Shown here piece by piece: positions 27,999-40,546 of a stretch of DNA of 64,000 bases. Every line of letters begins with the position of its first letter. Positions within the stretch are counted from its first letter, which is position 1. The notes below the pieces were generated by a model. It did no database searches. It was not told where the DNA came from and was given only the letters and a program-made list of their open reading frames with translations. Made by a program: the position numbers and the translations under genes. Origin of the DNA: Antedon mediterranea (taxonomy: Eukaryota > Animalia > Echinodermata); NCBI RefSeq assembly GCF_964355755.1, contig NC_092672.1, positions 124,001 through 188,000 of the forward strand, read 5' to 3'.

Positions 27999-29924
27999 TA
28001 GTACAAATGCATTACAAAATTCATTCATTTTAGCAGCACTATTTTCTCTTGTTTCAACAGTACAAACTGTAGTAAATTATTCTTAAAATAGACTTATTTT
28101 TCTTAACGTATGATGTGACAAGAACAAATATTCAGAACATTTAAATTGCACGTGCATGGCTCACCTGGGTGTGTGAGTATGATGTCATCAAACAAGAGTC
28201 AAAAACAAGACTTCATTCTATAGCGCGTTATTTTATTAAAAACGTCATTTAAATGACGGAACATTTTAAAACACTAAAAAGAAAGTATCTTAACTTTGTT
28301 TTTTTTTATCTGAGAAATTCAATAAATTAATAACTAGATGCCTGACATGTATATGTAATCTATGGATAGTCGGGATTGTAATTAAGTGTTATTTGGGTGA
28401 CACATTGTGTTGGAAATGACAAAACAAAGCGTACATTATATTCTAAGTAGATACTGGCCGACAGTCTTATAAGATGATTAAATTATTAGACTATTAATAA
28501 GTAAAGCTATTAATATTTATAATTTATATAATCTCATGCATATATTAATTTGGCGTCTGGCTTTAATCCAATTTTGTATCTATTAAGGTGTAATGTTATT
28601 GTAAAAGTTACATTATTTGGCTCCAATTGGCCCAGACTTGTAACGTTATGTAAATTTGAATTATAATAAATTATTAATTATTATTTTCATTATCATTACA
28701 GTATAATTAACGACATTGGGACTTTCTAAACACAACCAAATTTAAAGTTAAATGAATATATAAATGATTACCAGTATATCTGTGTTATTTCGATATTGTA
28801 TTAAATCAGTGACATTTTTACTTCTGACAATTTTATTATCATATGATATAGGGCCTATTTAATATAAAAAATTAAATGGTAAAATTGTATTTTTATCTCA
28901 GAATAGCTTGAGCTTGACTTGAGTTATTATTAGTAATTTAATCATCACACTTAAATAATATTATAATATTTCAGTCTAAATCTATATTTATTTAGAATGT
29001 ATTTTATCACATCATTTGAATTGTTGTCCCAGGTGATTAAATGGTTTTAAAATACAGTCACATAGATAATTTGCAATATGTACAATTTATTATAATTTGC
29101 ATTTTTCATTTTTTTTTTGGTCAAATAAAGGTAAAAAAAACCTTCAAAGTAAATACTTACATAATTGGTTTTCTTTTTTCTAACACTGTAATTGGAGCAA
29201 TATATTGAGAGTAAGATTTATGGTAATGGTGACAACGGAGTTGATGGTGAACATCTCGCCAGTTAGAATACGGATAAAATTGGGTTTTTTTTATGATATT
29301 TATGTATTTTTAGTAAGTAATAATTAAAAAAAAGTCTGTCACCATTCACCCTCATATTTCACTTGCTGGATAGTATGCTGTATAAGTTATAATAATTAAA
29401 TAGCCTACTATTAAAGTATGTTGTGTAGAGTCCAATCTCTATGATTGTATATACTACGTATTATTTAAAAAATAATAATAAAATCCAATGGATCAATGCG
29501 GTGCACGACCTTTCGAGTATTTTGATTCTATTTTGTACATATTAAGCGAGCATGTTGATGGCCACTATAATGAAAGGCCGGCCGGCGACGACGCATACAA
29601 TATTACGTCCACACGTCCACAATCCATCCACTGCCTGGTGCTTCTGCCTTCTATTTTATAAGTTAGGCTACATGAAATTGAGCTTCCTCACATGTACCAC
29701 TGGCTGTAATTACGCGTTAATTCAATTCTATATGATGCAACAACACTGTGATATACAAAATTAATACAGATACAGAGGTCGAGCTTCAGATATTCTACTG
29801 GTGGACGTTTTTCTATATCGTATTCTTAAGGACAATTTCCTTCTAATGAAACATATCTTGGGAGACCTCTGTTAAATAGCCAATGCATTGGCTCTATTTA
29901 TATAATTATTAGTGTGTTGTTCGT

Positions 29925-30235
29925 AATTTTCTGACATTATAAAACGGATGTTCTTAAAATTGAGGGCGCTAAACATACAATTTACGAGATCATAAAAGGT
30001 TGCGTAAGCCAGAAGAAAAAAAAATGTGGTGTGCTCCCTTGCCTCTAGCACGGTAAGGCCCTCTCACAGCCTTGGGTACACATCAGATGCCTTGATGTTA
30101 CCGCCTCATGATAATCTGTGAACCCAAAACACAGAGGCTCGCATAGCTTTAACTCTTTTCCACCGAGACCGGCATGGGGTTTGAACCCACGATAATCGTG
30201 TTCCACGACGCTCTATCGACTGAGCTATCCGGCCC
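29925..30235 (-). mobile_element. tRNA-derived SINE
   Basis: Minus-strand head GGGCCGGATAGCTCAGTCGATAGAGCG...GTGGGTTCAAACCCC (A and B boxes); body homologous to the copy at 31773-32050. Confidence 0.75.
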
Positions 30236-31110
30236 GCGATTTTTTTTTTCGTACATAAGTTGGGGACCCCTCATGAAACGTCACAAAATAAACATGAATA
30301 ATTCATCAGTTCAACTTGTTGTTCCGTGTGCACCCAAGCGTATAGCAACAAGAAGTGATTACACAACTGCGATACGATACTTTCTACAGTTAGGCCTAGG
30401 ATTTTAAGTCAATTCACGTGATTGCCTTCGCGCACTCTTCTTCGAGTCGAGGCTAATCGACAGCTGCTAGGCAAGACATTAAACTAAGTAGTAATTCATT
30501 GGACAGCCCAAAGAAAGCTTAGACCCACAAGAATAAAGAATGTGTATAATTTGTGTACTGTAATTTTTTAATTCTGCTATTTTATTATCAAACAATATGC
30601 ATGTACTCAAAGGAACTTAAAAAATGCGCGTATATCAACACATGAGATGGGAAGATTAGACCCACGAGAATAAAAAATGTATTTTTGTGTAATGTTTATT
30701 GTTTAATTTTCCTGACTTATTACTCTGACTCTCTGACTGTGTCATAACTAAACTAACACACACGTCACACACACCAACACAGCTACTACTAGAATAGACA
30801 TGGGTTTAGAGACTAGTAATTAGGCCTAATAGTATCAATAGAAACTATAATTTTAACACGTAATTCTTTAGTAATAAATTATATTTAAAACACCATAAAC
30901 TAAAGGCTGATTATTTCGACAATCTACACGCGGCAACCACAGCGGAGATAGGCCTAGAATCGTACCGCACTTGTGTAAACTGTAATCACTTCTGGTTGCT
31001 ATACGCTTGGGTGCACACGGAACAAGAACATTTAAATGATGAATTATTCATGTTTATTTTGTGACGTTTCATGAGGGGGTCCCCAACTTATGTACGAAAA
31101 AAAAAATCGC
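30236..31110. mobile_element. MITE with ~125-bp TIRs and 9-bp TSD (Mutator-like)
   Basis: TIRs GCGAT(T)nCGTACATAAGTTGGGGACCCC...AAGTGATTACA and reverse complement ending at 31110. Perfect ATCCGGCCC duplication at 30227-30235 and 31111-31119. Confidence 0.88.
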
Positions 31111-31772
31111 ATCCGGCCCTCTGATTCAAAGCCACGTAAAACTAATACTAGTTTTGTTCCCTCAAGATGCCGGTCATGAATATGCATATTTATGACGTAA
31201 CGATGACGTCATATAGGCTCGTAGGACAAATAAAATATTATGTGCCTTCTTTTTAGTCGTGTCCTTCTGTGGCGTAGCGAGTAATGCTTGGTTTTGAGTA
31301 CTCTCGGCTCTCTCTGATGTACGGTTTTTGGATTTTTTTCTTCTTTTTTTTTGCGCAAATAAATCGTTTTTCTTTTGAAGAGAGATATTTAGAAGGTTAA
31401 GGTAATTCAAGAAATAATAATAATAATGTAGACTTATATATTATTAAAAAGATAAATATTTTTGCACATATGGCGTTTCATACGTATACTACTTGAGCTC
31501 GTACAAACATCAAAAAGTTCTGAGGCGATATAAAGGATTAAAGTATTATCTGTAGATGGAACTATAAGTGGGGTTAGGCCCATGTTATTCACATTTTGTG
31601 GCATGATGAAGTAATCAAAATTTAGATTTTAGTTAGAGTGGAAATAATATGATGACGTCACAGAAGGCGAGATAATTACTCGTTACGCCATAATAAAGTA
31701 CTGTACACGTCTACAGTTGAAATTAGTCTTATCCACGTGCCTCATATTACGTCATTCTAATTGTTACGTCGT

Positions 31773-32050
31773 CTGAGCGTCGTGTTGATAACACGAATGT
31801 CATGTGTTCAAATCCCACGGTGGAAGAAGTTAAAGCTATGCTAGCTACTGTGTTTGAGGTTCACAGAATAATACGTTCTCCATTCCACCACACATCATGA
31901 GGAGGCAACATCAAGGTATCTGGTGTCATGGAACCGACCCAAGGCTGTGGAAGAACCTTACCGTGCTAGAGACAGGTGAGCACGCATCTTTATTTCTTCT
32001 GGCTTACGCTAATTAACGTAAATTAGCCCTCCATTTTAAGAATGTCAGAA
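31773..32050 (+). mobile_element. Second, diverged copy of the tRNA-derived SINE, inverted relative to the first
   Basis: GAGCGTCGTG...GTGTTCAAATCCCA...GTTAAAGCTATGC...CCTTACCGTGCTAGAG...TTCTTCTGGCTTACGC matches the reverse complement of 29925-30235. Confidence 0.72.
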
Positions 32051-33164
32051 AGCTAGGAGAATGCCCATTGATTTTCAGGAAAAATTATATATTGGACACG
32101 TCACAATAGTATATTAAAATCGGACTTACCTATATCTTCCGTATAAGGTATTAGATAGCACGCCTTTTGAATTCTTGTAACGTGAATATTAAATAGTGAG
32201 CCCTCTCAGTCTCCGAATATAGTTTTCGCTGATGTATTTTGCCAAGTACTTCACTCAGTTTCTGAGTTCTTACATTGTTGGCTACAAAAACACAGCACTT
32301 AAGATTCTTACAACGCAATTAACAGCGCCCACTGTGGTTTGGTTGTCTTATGAGCCTTATGTGTATTGTATTTGTAACTAACCGGATATAAAAGGCTTTC
32401 TGCACAGTGACTTGGCGTCAGCATGCTAATGTTCAAATTCTTAGCCGTCCGTAACGTTTAAGACGACACTAAAGTGCAGTGAATCTCTTACGGTTCTTTA
32501 ATTAAAGTATCTATTAGGCCGCAGCCTACGTGACTGTACACATTAGCGTACTAATAATCAAAAGTAGTCAAATCCAATTGATGAATGATTTACAGTATTA
32601 CCAAGTTACAACTAGGGTGAAACATTACAACTACTCTTGTCGTACACATGAGACTACTAAGTTGCGCTTTAAACACCAACCTCTATGTTAATTGGGGCCC
32701 GAACATTTAACGTAATATCCTCTATAAAAAACGTGCTGGCCTTTTCTGTTTGAGTATGACCGGCGTGTGGTTGTGTACGTCCTATACATTCGCATTTTGG
32801 CTCTGTGATATTTATGTGTTGAATTTTTATTTATAATTCAGCCTTACTATCCAATTTAAAAATGTCTTTTAATCTATTTCATAGAGAGCATTAGTCTTCT
32901 CTACTTTGTGGTTCTGGAATAACTCCCATTATTACGCTACATAAGTATAGTTTTTATATACATACTATTTTTTTATTATATAATAGCAATTTAACTTTAT
33001 GATCAACTTTTATGTCATTTACAAAACGATCAAACACGGTAGTAACACTTCAACATGATATTGAATATGTGAGGACATTTTCAAATGTCCAATATACATT
33101 TTAATGCTGCATCAATTGAAATTAAACATCAATGAAATTACCATATTGGAATCAAGTCAAACTT

Positions 33165-33239
33165 TCATCAGTAAAACTGTCATCAGTAAAACTGTCATCA
33201 GTCAAACTGTCATCAGTAAAACTGTCATCAGTAAAACTG
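33165..33239. repeat. 15-bp tandem repeat x5
   Basis: TCATCAGTAAAACTG units; explains the VISKT repeat in ORF 33104-33370. Confidence 0.85.
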
Positions 33240-34002
33240 GTACCATTTTTAGTAATATCACAAAAATACTAGCTGTTTCTTCTATTTATTTGTTTTATTT
33301 AGTTGTATTGATTCAATTTTGTGGCGCGTTTTTTCCTACAGGATTTAAGACCAATGAAAACGTGCATTGACTCACAACGAGAAAATAATCTGAACAATAT
33401 GTATCATAACTACGTCACATAAATTTATTAATTTTAATTTACAGGAAGATAACATAATTGTGATTTTCAATAAGCACACGTAACGTAATAGGCACTGTGT
33501 TTTCTAAAACAACTGAAATTAACATATTCATTTAGAAAATATATTATTTTACGTAATAGATGTCAATTAAAAATATCGACGGCAGAATATGGTAAATGTG
33601 ACTAATTTTGTTTCCATCCAAGCAAACGTTCTCACTTAGAGTCCTCCCTACTAACACCTCAACTTACCTCCCATTGGACATAATGCCGACGCGAAGTCCT
33701 TTGGAATTTATTGAGATCATACTTTGACTGTCAGTCTTATCATTTTTGTCATCACAATTTTGGTCAAAACAAATTATAATGAAACATAAAAAGTACTTTA
33801 AATCATTCAAAATTAAAAGTATCCGTTAGTTGGTCATGTCGTCAAAATTAAACCAAAATTAATTTGATATATAAATATAAATAAATTCTGTTTTCTTAAT
33901 TAATTCTACAGATTTTTGTTTTAGAAACTATGGGACAACATTGCAATTTCTTAAACATTTTAGTGGTTCCTGTCAAGGTATGTGTAATTATGTCCAGTAA
34001 AT

Positions 34003-35367
34003 TTATTCGGATTTTCCGTCATCTGAACTAATTGATCGTTTTTTGAATCCGGAAATACGACCATTCATTCCAGAGGAAAGGCCTCCATGTAAAAACGACG
34101 AACCTTTTTTGAAACCATGGAGACTGTCGTGTGTTTTAAAATCGTCAAATATTGCTCGCTTTCCATTAAAATATTTGCTACCTAATGTGTCCATACCACC
34201 ACTTCCCGGAAACGCTCGTTTTCCTGTAAAATATCCATTGCCAAGGGTGTCCATTCCACCACTTCCCGGAAAAGCTCGTTTTCCTGTGAAATAGCCATTT
34301 CCTAGTGTGTCCATTCCACCACTTCCCGGAAACGCTCGTTTTCCTTTGAAATATCCATTGCCTAGTGTGTCCATTCCACCACTTCCCGGAAACCCTCGTT
34401 TTCCTTTAAAATATCCATTACCAAGGGTGTCCATTCCACCACTTCCGGGAAACCCTCGTTTTCCTTTGAAATATCCATTGCCAAGGGTGTCCATTCCACC
34501 ACTTCCGGGAAACGCTCTTTTTCCTGTGAAATATCCATTGCCAAGGGTGTCCATTCCACCACTTCCGGGAAACGCCCTTTTTCCTGTGAAATATCCATTG
34601 CCTAGTGTGTCCATTCCACCACTTCCGGGAAAAGCTCTTTTACCTGTGAAATACCCATTGCCAAGTGTGTCCATTCCACCACTTCCGGGAAACGCTCTTT
34701 TTCCTGTGAAATATCCATTGCCAAGTGTGTCCATTCCACCACTTCCGGGGAACGCTCTTTTTCCTGTGAAATATCCATTGCCTAGTGTGTCCATTCCACC
34801 ACTTCCGGGGAACGCTCTTTTTCCTGTGAAATATCCATTGCCTAGTGTGTCCATTCCACCACTTCCGGGAAACGATCTTTTTCCTGTGAAATATCCATTG
34901 CCAAGCGTGTCCATTCCACCACTTCCGGGGAACGCTCTTTTTCCTGTGAAATATCCATTGCCAAGCGTGTCCATTCCACCACTTCCGGGAAATGCTCTTT
35001 TACCTGTAAAATATCCATTGCCTAGTGTGTCCATTCCACCACTTCCGGGAAACGCTCTTTTTCCTGTGAAATATCCATTGCCAAGTGTGTCCATTCCACC
35101 ACTTCCCGGAAACGCTCTTTTATCATTAAAACCTATTTTTTCTGAACTATCTTCAGTGCTATCTGCTGCTCGTTTTCCTGTAAAATATGACGCTCCTAGG
35201 GGATCCATTCCACCTGTAGGAAAAAGCCCACGTTTATCTTCATCATTTAATTGAAACAATTCATCATCGTTGGAACTAAAGTCCTTTTTGGATTTGATGA
35301 GGTTATCAATAAGTTCTTTGGCTTCTTCGTCCGCAATTTCTACATTACTAAGGACATCAGCTCGTGC
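34003..35367 (-). CDS. Exon 2 of pedal peptide/orcokinin-type precursor (60-nt coding repeat array)
   Basis: 455 codons; exact 60-nt period x16 with mainly synonymous variation. Confidence 0.95.
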   Translation of the reverse strand, partial: ARADVLSNVEIADEEAKELIDNLIKSKKDFSSNDDELFQLNDEDKRGLFPTGGMDPLGASYFTGKRAADSTEDSSEKIGFNDKRAFPGSGGMDTLGNGYFTGKRAFPGSGGMDTLGNGYFTGKRAFPGSGGMDTLGNGYFTGKRAFPGSGGMDTLGNGYFTGKRSFPGSGGMDTLGNGYFTGKRAFPGSGGMDTLGNGYFTGKRAFPGSGGMDTLGNGYFTGKRAFPGSGGMDTLGNGYFTGKRAFPGSGGMDTLGNGYFTGKRAFPGSGGMDTLGNGYFTGKRAFPGSGGMDTLGNGYFKGKRGFPGSGGMDTLGNGYFKGKRGFPGSGGMDTLGNGYFKGKRAFPGSGGMDTLGNGYFTGKRAFPGSGGMDTLGNGYFTGKRAFPGSGGMDTLGSKYFNGKRAIFDDFKTHDSLHGFKKGSSFLHGGLSSGMNGRISGFKKRSISSDDGKSE

Positions 35368-38300
35368 CTGAAAGTATGACATAAACATTTCAGTTTAATG
35401 ATATATCGTGTTATAGGAATAACTAATAACGTATATAATAATAATAATTATTACCAGTATACAATAATGTTTCTGTAAGTATTTATTTATCTACTAAAAT
35501 GTTCCAGTACAAATTGGTAGTAAAACCTCTGTGTACTAATATGTATTCAGGAAGTACTTGTTAGACCTGTTTAGGTTATTAATAGAAATAGCACTACCAC
35601 TACCAATGTTTTAGAATAATGAATGTGTATACTCGATCGTTGCAACACTATTTCAAACCAATTCTTTGTTAACAATCGCAAAATGTCTATCTAAGTTAAC
35701 ACATTTCCTTCAAAGCATCAATGTTGATTAATCTTAATGCACCCACCGATTAAGTTGAGAAAAAGAAAACTCTAGTAAACTAGTGCTCAACTGTATGTTA
35801 TTAACTTAATGTTTGTATCAAAGTACTATTGTATGTTACATGTTTAACTAATGGTTTACCATGTATATAACATATTTGTAAGATAAAGTATATACATTAT
35901 TAAATGACGTCAGAAGGAACAGATAAATTATCGATAACCAGTACAAATTTAAAGAAACAAACGTTTTATATAGTATTTAGAGCACGATGACACGATAATC
36001 ATAATAAATGGTCAGTAATGCGTGAGATAATGACAACAGTATGGACGAAAGAAGCAATGGTCGGGCTGCTAAGAGGTTTGGCGATTCCACGCTGGTGCTT
36101 ATTTTTGAAACAAATAATAATTACTCCCTAAATGCCTGTTACCAATTTCGCAACGTTAATGAAAGTAATCTTTAGTTAAAAGGACAGAATCATAAAGGAA
36201 TCAAGTAATAATTGCTCGCGATTAAAATAGTTTAGATGTATTCTGAGCATCCTCGCTCCTAGCAATTTATAGAATTGTTGTATTGACTGCTGCAGTTGAT
36301 GCTATGCCTCACTTGGTTTATCGTTGAATCAATCAGTTTACTATATAAGATTTCTATGAATCTATTAGTGAAGGTCTTTTGCTTCAAACACACAAATACT
36401 AATAAAAAAAACAATAATGATTTTCCAAAAGTATCGAGTTGGCCTGACGACAGTTTATCTTTTAGCGAAATAATAATTATTAATTTCAGTACTAAAATAA
36501 TGAGTCTATACAAAATTGATGCTGGAAAGGAAAGGTTAACATGCATGCAGTTGAATCCTATTTAAATAAAATTAATTATGGCACGAATATTTTACTTAAT
36601 TCAAGTAAATACAATTATAATTATAAACTGAATAGATTAGAAAATATATTATTATATTTAGCAATTGTAGGATACTAGGACTACTGTGAAATGTTTGTAA
36701 CTTCTAATGTACATTAAAACAAAATAATACATTTACAAACATTATGTTATGATTTATTATGACACTTCTTAGTAAAAATATAAAGCGATCCAAAATATGA
36801 CGAGTGTCTGGTTTACCCAGCTATGTTTAAGCTCATAAACAGATTTCATTATAAGGTGTAAACGTGTCTATGTGCTTCTTGTTGCAAGAGATGATACTAA
36901 ACCTCGTGTAAAATTCTTAGATTGAAAGGTAAGATGTTTTACGATTATGATTATGTTTCACGACATCTTAAGTTGAATAACCAATGGTATATTTTTTTAT
37001 ACAGGAACATTAAGAATATTTTTAGTGACAAAGCATTATTTCAATAAGTACACTAGATTATTAATTTATCCTTTTTAACAATTTATTTTTTAGACCTATT
37101 TGTTTTTATTTATTTATTATTATTTAAAGACAGGTAAATAGAAGTTCTTAGGAAGATCCAAGAGAAGAATAAAAGCCACTGTCATAAATTATGTAAACCT
37201 ACACCTATTTACTAACAGAAACTGTACATTACATAGTGTGTGTAGTATACGCAGTCAATAAATTACTAAAATTATTACTAATCACAAGTTTTTAAGGTGT
37301 GATTGAGAGTTTATTGATCAGGGTGCATTGCGCATGTCCAGTAATACCTACGAATTAGACACATGGGAAGCACCTTGGAAAGTATAATTTCGTAGTTTAT
37401 GATAAAACAAGCACAACGACGTTAATGTGGCCAAAAATTAACGACTCCCAGTAGACACAGTATATTACTTTATAGCTTGGTTTAATTAATTCATTTCTTA
37501 AACTCATAAATTGACTCCAATTGTGCGGGATTATGATCTGTCTCGTGATATGTTACGCTAGGCCACCTCACACCGTATGTATTAAAATCAATAGATCGTG
37601 ATCGTAGATTTAACAAAATCCTTGGAGAATAAAAAATATTCATTCGTAAAGTACTATGTTGTTTAAACTACTGCTTTATTTAAATTTTCAATCTTAAAAT
37701 ATCATTAATAGTATTTATAAAAACACTCCATAACTTAGTTCTTATCTGTTTTTTTTCCCTTTTTTTTCAAACTATAATATTACAGAACCATGGCTGATGT
37801 ATATGGTAAATGACTTCTGATAAATAGGCCTAAACAAATTATCGTTGAGCAGCAAACAGCACGTAAGACAACATATTGTATTATTATTACAACCTGAGAA
37901 AATATTTCAAAAGATTAAATATTTAGAATCATATTATCTCTAATGACTAGAAAATGTCAATGCTTTCGCTAGGAACTACTACTGGTCAATAACTCTGTAT
38001 ACTATTTAAATATTATCTTTATTTCTTCTTGTTCTCAATAGTACAATTTATGGAAATTATAAGAAGTGTTAGGTTAGAGAAACCACACAAATAAATCATA
38101 AACTAAATTGTCCATTAAAAATGTAAGACGTGTGCCATCTTTATGGTTAAGATGATCAAAGACATATTGGTTAAGCAATGTATGTGAATAAAAGCTTTTA
38201 AGAGTTAACGCAATTCACGCCGCGAAGGTCTTTACTAATATGTAAAGTGGAATTAAGACGAATCATTAGGAGGACGATTTACTATAAAGGGGTTAAATAT

Positions 38301-40450
38301 GATAAAAAAGTATTACGCAACAGATCTATTTTTAATTAAACTTAAGCATTCTACTTTTAAAATCACAATTAATTCATTGATTTAAAAATACAGGTCTAAT
38401 AAAAATGGAAAACAAGAAGATAAAATTCAGATAAAGATTTTTTTATAAAAAATATCTTTCGCTGAACTCTTTTTCGATAACCACCAGTGCAGAAAGGTAA
38501 GTGCTGCCATTTTGACCTCTCTCTCTCTCTCTCTCTCGTTCAAAGTCAACGTTCCAAGTTCAGATAGATGGAATACAGCATTTATTAAAAATGTATGATT
38601 GACTGACTTTTTAACTAAACAATTGAAATACAGAAAGCAATAGTTATTTCTGTGTAAACTTATAAAACTATTTCTAAATTTTTCCTGTCGCCAAAATAAT
38701 TTCTTTTTGGTTTAGGCCTAAACACATACTTATTCATTATCACTAAACTTCAGATAAAAGAAGGTTGGTTACGAATTACGAAAGCCTATCTTGACTAATT
38801 GTTTCAAAGTAAACATCGTGTAATAAACTTGAATCCTAATCGGCAACATTTCATACACGAGAGAATATTAAATTAAGTGAAAAATATGGTTCAGATAAAA
38901 GTGAGTCAGTCACTGGCCCCTCCTATCTCTAAAATGATTGTAATTGGTATTTTCTTCAATTTGAGGGAATATATAAGTTATACAAATAAATGGATTTTGA
39001 ATCTGAAATGAATAATTATTCCATCAACAAGAAATATAATAATACTAGACATTTAAAAGGCGGCTCTTATAAGAATATACGGTAATTTAGTAAAATTATA
39101 AGATGGCTATTAGCAACGTAGTAGGTATAAAATATGTTTACAAAGCGACATTTGTAGGTTGTATCACAACTTCAAAATGTGATTATTATTTTGAAATGAA
39201 CAATCTAATGTTTGTTGAGATTTTTTTCATTGTGATAATAATTATGGTGTACTATGACGGAACCCAATACGAAGACGCTTTCTTTGTTTCCATTTTAATA
39301 TTCATATCGTTAACAACGGAAAACTTTTTAAAATCTGAATTTGATTAGTTGAATATACACACAGTTTCAGGTTTATTAAAGTAGTGAGCTCATTATACCA
39401 CAGTACGATAAGACATTATTTAATGATATTTGTAAGTCGCCAGATACTATAGGATCGCATCGTTGCTTTATGATGAAAATGGGACGACTTTTTAGCTACT
39501 GTATTTAAAAAAAAGTGCGTGTGTTGTGGCTCATCAACCAATCTTACTGAAAGCTTAATAAAAGGGTAGAATGATTTCTATTCGTACAAAAAAATGCTGA
39601 GAATGATTATTATTTGGGATTAATAAATTTCAAAAATGAGGCCAAACTTATTACAACTTTCCATCTAAATCCCAGCTGTGAATGTCATCAAGTCATCGGT
39701 TCATCAATTTAAATGTCGAATAAAGTAATTGTTGTCTTTAGTGGATTATGATCTCTCTTCCTTTGGATTTCATTGAGGTCTATTCTTGTTCCTCATTATA
39801 CTTATAAAATATACTAATAATGATATTTTTCCCATCAACTTTCATTTTTTCAGTGGAAAAATAACTTGACTAAGATTATTTTATACATTGTTTACCTCTT
39901 TAAACATAAAGAAGACTTTGTATAGAAAAAAACTAACTTGGTAATGTTTTCCCAGTTAACTACCTGTCTACATTTTAAATACCTATTAATTTCATTTGCA
40001 TAAAACTAACTTGGTAATGTTTTCCCAGTTAACTACCTGTCTACATTTTAAATACCTATTAGTAAATCATTGCCGTTTGTACAAAAGGAATTATCAGATA
40101 CAATTTACGGTTTTGTAAATTTTGATTGATAATATTCTCATTAACTTAGAATTTTACAGAAATATTTCTCTGAGATTGTTACAATGCATATGAATATTAT
40201 TCTATGATGGTTTAAATACACACCTGCCTAAACAGAATTTATGGCGTTTTGCCGCCGAACGCCTAAACGTCAGTCGACTTTTTCTTAAAGTTGAATCTAC
40301 AATTTCACTATATTAAATTGATTTTACCTAATAGATGCATGCCATAATAACTAAACTTACCGCTTGTTCACTGCTCACTGTTGGTATTAGTGCCACATTC
40401 AGTAAACAGCCTACTAACCAAATACTACCAAACAATTTGAAATAAAACAT
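34003..40450 (-). CDS. Pedal peptide/orcokinin-type neuropeptide precursor, 484 aa, two exons (40450-40361, 35367-34003)
   Basis: Exon 1 is a signal peptide, MFYFKLFGSIWLVGCLLNVALIPTVSSEQA|GTAAGT (phase 0), and joins acceptor TACTTTCAG|GCA. An acidic spacer precedes KR-delimited GLFPTGGMDPLGASYFTG, 16 copies of (A/S/G)FPGSGGMDTLG(NG/SK)YF(T/K/N)G, and two divergent GF-ending peptides. The F..GG.D(P/T)L..G/YF motif matches echinoderm pedal peptides (e.g. starfish SMP FGKGGAYDPLSAGFTD). Confidence 0.9.
39931..40060. repeat. Direct duplication, ~72-bp period x2
   Basis: AACTAACTTGGTAATGTTTTCCCAGTTAACTACCTGTCTACATTTTAAATACCTATTA occurs twice. Confidence 0.85.
40361..40450 (-). CDS. Exon 1 (signal peptide) of pedal peptide/orcokinin-type precursor
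   Basis: 30 codons, hydrophobic core, GTAAGT donor, phase compatible with exon 2. Confidence 0.85.
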
Positions 40451-40546
40451 TCTTTCACAAATGCCACTCTTACTGGTCAGATGTAATAACAACCAGGTGT
40501 TTCAAAATAGTTTTTCTGACTGTAAAAGACCCTACTCGTTACCTGC

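Noticed and set aside
30165-30235. tRNA genes (also about 56718-56790 and 60865-60945)
   Set aside because: A/B boxes are present, but the stems are degenerate and embedded in repeat bodies, so these are SINE or element-derived.
34043-35254. Plus-strand Pro-rich ORFs (83 and 315 aa) and the alternative-frame minus ORF 34362-34598
   Set aside because: They are antisense or frame shadows of the 60-nt neuropeptide repeat; synonymous variation fits the pedal-peptide frame.
35368-35388. ORF-track start MFMSYFQ for the precursor
   Set aside because: This is intronic (acceptor TACTTTCAG) and has no signal peptide; the true start is at 40450.
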